Assembly: GCF_009914755.1 (NCBI RefSeq)
Contig: NC_060927.1
Reading direction: 5' to 3' (one strand)
DNA from: the human T2T-CHM13v2.0 reference genome, Homo sapiens
Length of the DNA: 64,000 bases
Below, in pieces: positions 59,252 to 64,000 of this stretch (its first letter is position 1; each line of letters opens with the position of its first letter). A program made the translations under genes and the position numbers. The notes under the pieces were generated by a model. The model saw only the letters and a list, made by a program, of their open reading frames with translations. It was not told where the DNA came from and did no database searches.

Positions 59252-59862
59252 AAGAAAGAAGGGGAAATGATAAAACATTCACGTATTTGCTTGATTTACC
59301 AAAACAGAAACACAAGAAGGATGCTTTGCTTCCAGGGAAGGGAGTAAAAGGTGTGAACAAGACAGGGTAGGGAGTAACATTAAAAGCACACTTTTTAGTA
59401 CAGTTTTAACTTTGGGGAGCATGTTCATATCTTACATACTCAAAAAATAAAATTTGAAAGGATGGAAAAAGTCTAAAACTGAATGCAAACAGAAATGAAT
59501 GAACCTAACAATATATTTCAAATAATACAACAATACTGAGGAGAAAAGGGAAAGTAACTCTTCAAATTCATCCTGTGACTATTATACCCTCAGCATGGGA
59601 GAAGGAAAAACCATAAACAAATCCTGAACTCTTTTTAGTTTGTTTTTCAAAGTGGTATTGGCACCATGCTTCTGAAACTACCTGAAGTGCACTGCAGGAG
59701 TGGACCATGAGTACATGTGTGGATGTAGTTCTTACTGGTGAACCAGGGAGATACAGTATGGAACGGGGAGGGCGAGGAGGAGCTCGGGAGAGTTGGGTTA
59801 GCCCTGGAGCATCGCCAGGAACTCATTATCTCCTAGCTCTTTCCATGGAAAGGATCTAGAAA

Positions 59863-60050
59863 CAGCACTGTTCAATAGAACTTCTTGTGATGATAGAAAT
59901 GTTCTGTATCTGTGCTGTCCGATATGGTAGCGAACGGCCACATGTGGCTACTAAGCTTGAAATGTGACTCCTGCAGCTGAGGAACTAGATTTTTAATTTT
60001 AATTTAAAATCAACACCTGTGGCTGGTGTCTGCTGTACTATTAGACAAAT
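59863..60050 (+). mobile_element. MER3 (hAT-Charlie) fossil
   Basis: cagcactgttcaatagaact...gatagaaatgttctgtatctgtgctgtcc...ccacatgtggcta. Confidence 0.75.
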
Positions 60051-60658
60051 CAAGTCTAGAAGCAATGTGATCATAGTAACAGTAAGTTACCATGAAAAAC
60101 TATGTAATCCATAGTAACGATAACACCTAGCACCTGGATCTGGGCTTCTAAATCCTATTCCCCACTAAAAGGATCTGGAGTCCCCTGGAAAAACGGCTAA
60201 TTCCATGGCTGGAGCAGGTAGGCTACAAGATGAGCCTAGAACAACTTGTAGGCCAGAAAATAAGAAAGTGCTCAACAACCACAACGAAATAATGGAGGTT
60301 ATGACAAGGACATAGGACCAGTGGACAGGGTTCTTGTTTGTCAACTCTGGGACAGCTACAATTCATTCAGTAAGACAGGAACCCCGGAGTCCATATGGAT
60401 AACAAGTAGATAAATAGGCAGGCAGGCAGGAGAAAGGGGAAGAGCTCTTTCTTACCAGATTGCACTTGAATATCAAGGGCCATTAAAAAAAAAACTTACT
60501 GATTTTTCCACAAGATGAATCCCACTCCACCTCTTCCCATCCTTTAATCCACTCTTTCCAAACACAGAGTACTTTTCAACTTCCAAACAGACATTCATCT
60601 TCTTAAGACTTTTCTTAAGAAATAAACAGAAATAATGTATTTCTCAGGGTCACCATAT

Positions 60659-61098
60659 TGGAACCAACCCAACAGTCTCATAGATAGGTTAATGGATAAA
60701 CGCAGAAATTGACCTTTCTAGTCTTAAAACTTAAAACTTATATTTGTTTTATCTGAGGTCTTTAAGAAAAGACCTTCAGTCCTCTCAAAAACAAAAAAAA
60801 AGTGTCAAAGAACTGAAGCCCACCAGGTAACTACATCCAGACAAAGAGATGTGGGACCGTCCTTCATCATGATTGTGTCCTTGCTCCTCCCAAGTTCCTA
60901 TTTGTTAAATCTTGTTTCATTTCTTCCCTGCTATATAAACCCCAGCTTTAGTCCATCAGGGAGATGGATTTGCCCCGTCTCCTGGACTGTAGCACCCAAT
61001 GAAAGCCTTCTTCCTTGGCAATACTCCTCATCCCAGTCATTGGCTTTCTGTGTGGTGAGCAGCAGGACCTAGACCAAACCCCTGGTGGTTCGGTAACA
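60659..61098 (+). mobile_element. ERV1-class solo LTR (MER39/LTR29-like; subfamily uncertain)
   Basis: ATAT|TG...CA|ATAT (4-bp TSD), internal TATA-like ctatataaac near 60931. Confidence 0.7.
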
Positions 61099-61247
61099 AT
61101 ATCAACAAAAAAATTAATAATGAGTTCAAATACACCAGGTCCTAAGAGGCTGGAATAAAATCCCAGGAATTCTAATTTTCAAAATTCTGAAGAAATCACT
61201 AAGGAAACCTCTCTTTTTTTCCCCTTCCCCTAAATCAAACTGGATAG

Positions 61248-61579
<332 letters not shown>

Positions 61580-61744
61580 TCTGCTGCTTCTTACTCTGGC
61601 TCAGAGCCACCTGATCTCTCCATCTTTCTACTAGAAAATGTCTCCATATGATGCTTATAATAAAATGCAGCCAAACCGTGCACCTTTCAGGCCTTGTTAG
61701 CTAGCTACCGAAACTATTTTTTCTTTCTTCCTCTCTCTCTCTCC

Positions 61745-62044
61745 CTTCCTTCCTTTTTTAGAGGCAGGGTCTCCCTTTTGTACCCTGGCTGGAGTGCAGT
61801 GGTGTGATCACACCTCACTGCAGTCTTAAACTCCTGGGCTAAAGCTATCCTCCCACCTCAGCCTCCCAAGTAGCTGGGAGCAAAGGAACACTCCACCAGG
61901 CCAAGCTAATTTTTAAAATTTTTTGTAGAGATGGGGGTCTTGCTATATTGCCCAGGCTGGTCTCAAACTCCTAGGCTCAAGCAATCTGCCTGCCTCAGCC
62001 TCCTAAAGTGCTGGAATTACAGGCATGAGCTAGCACACCCAGCC
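61745..62044 (-). mobile_element. AluJ SINE
   Basis: Reverse Alu with J-type sites. Confidence 0.88.
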
Positions 62045-62750
62045 AAAACTCTTTTCCAATAACACTCCTTTCCCCAGAATTATTATGACTGCTTTAGTGA
62101 TAAAATACATCACATTTTCATTACATGTTATTAACAAACTCTAAGAAGATAAAGCACAAAAACCATTTTGTAATCTCCTTAAAGAGATACACTAGGCTAT
62201 TCCTTTTCAAATAATTATGAATCTGTCATTTATTGCAGATAACTTCTTAGGCATTAAATATAAAGGAGGGAGCATGCTATAGCCCAAATAGGAAACATTT
62301 CATCAAACAGCAGCACTAAATACCCTACAACACGAAGAAGTAAGACAGGCAGCATCTTTCCAATCTGCCTGTGAAATCTATCATTAGGCTCTTAGAAAAC
62401 ACAGTACAAACAATGGTAATGTTACTAAAATAACTATCACACAGTAAACAAGTAACACTCAGAAGGACCTAACCACACGCCAATCGCCTTTCCTCCTTAC
62501 ACTGTACACTTAAGAAAATACATTTTATAATATATATATTTTTTACCACAATAAAAGAAAAATGAGGGGGGAGTCACCTGGCTGGTGTAAGGGAGTCTGA
62601 GAGAGGAGGTTACTCCTGTTTCTATTTTCCTAAAACTTTGCATAATAATGTCAATTGTGATTTGCACATAAAATTTGGCGATTCTATTATTTACACTTAA
62701 AATTATTTATAGTGTCATCACAGACCCGTACCTCAAAGTCTTATTTTTAG

Positions 62751-63643
<893 letters not shown>

Positions 63644-64000
63644 ACAAAATTATTTTCTGAACATTTTAATATTCTAATAATAATATTAACAATGACTAAA
63701 GCTGAGTACTTACTATCTGCCAGGCACCATTCTTAAGTCCTTACAATAATCCTATGAAGAAGGAATTAATATTATCTGTGATGAAAGATAAAGAAAGTGG
63801 GAATTGAACCCAGGCATTTTGATTAAAAGGCACATACTATCAAACATTAAATCCACCATATATACATATGTATATTTTCTTATTCTCTATCATCATAACC
63901 AGTATCTGAACAATGGAATAAAAATAACAACCCCCATCAACAAAGTGCTATACCATGCCAAGCTCTTTGCATATTTTAACTCTAGTCCTCGTAATAGCTC

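Overview
Human (primate) genomic DNA. From the encoded peptides I recognise it as the ATG7/VGLL4 tail-to-tail locus (3p25.3). On the + strand, 1-18114 is the end of the large last ATG7 intron. The terminal ATG7 exon starts at 18115 (codes IWDMSDDETI*), and its 3'UTR runs to about 20970. On the - strand are the last three coding exons of VGLL4 (28103-28325, 22636-22759, 21860-22131; both Tondu/TDU motifs) and a 3'UTR ending near 19370, so the two mRNAs overlap antisense by about 1.6 kb. Two internal alternative first exons of VGLL4 are visible: one supplies MIKVR (45535-45548), the other supplies only the AT of a splice-assembled ATG (31911-31912). Both carry uORFs overlapping the main start codon. 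The rest is intron with about 25 Alus, L1, MIR, MaLR/ERV LTRs and DNA-transposon fossils. There are no prokaryotic-type systems, CRISPR arrays or RNA genes, and nearly all ORFs in the six-frame track are non-coding noise. The most interesting signals are a chained AUGA stop/start uORF relay completed by splicing, a dual-use 10-mer (miR-17 site on ATG7, polyA signal of VGLL4), an NMD-immune alternative frame in the last VGLL4 exon, and a nested head-to-head AluY pair 31 bp apart. Repeat family names come from recalled consensus sequences and were not checked with RepeatMasker.
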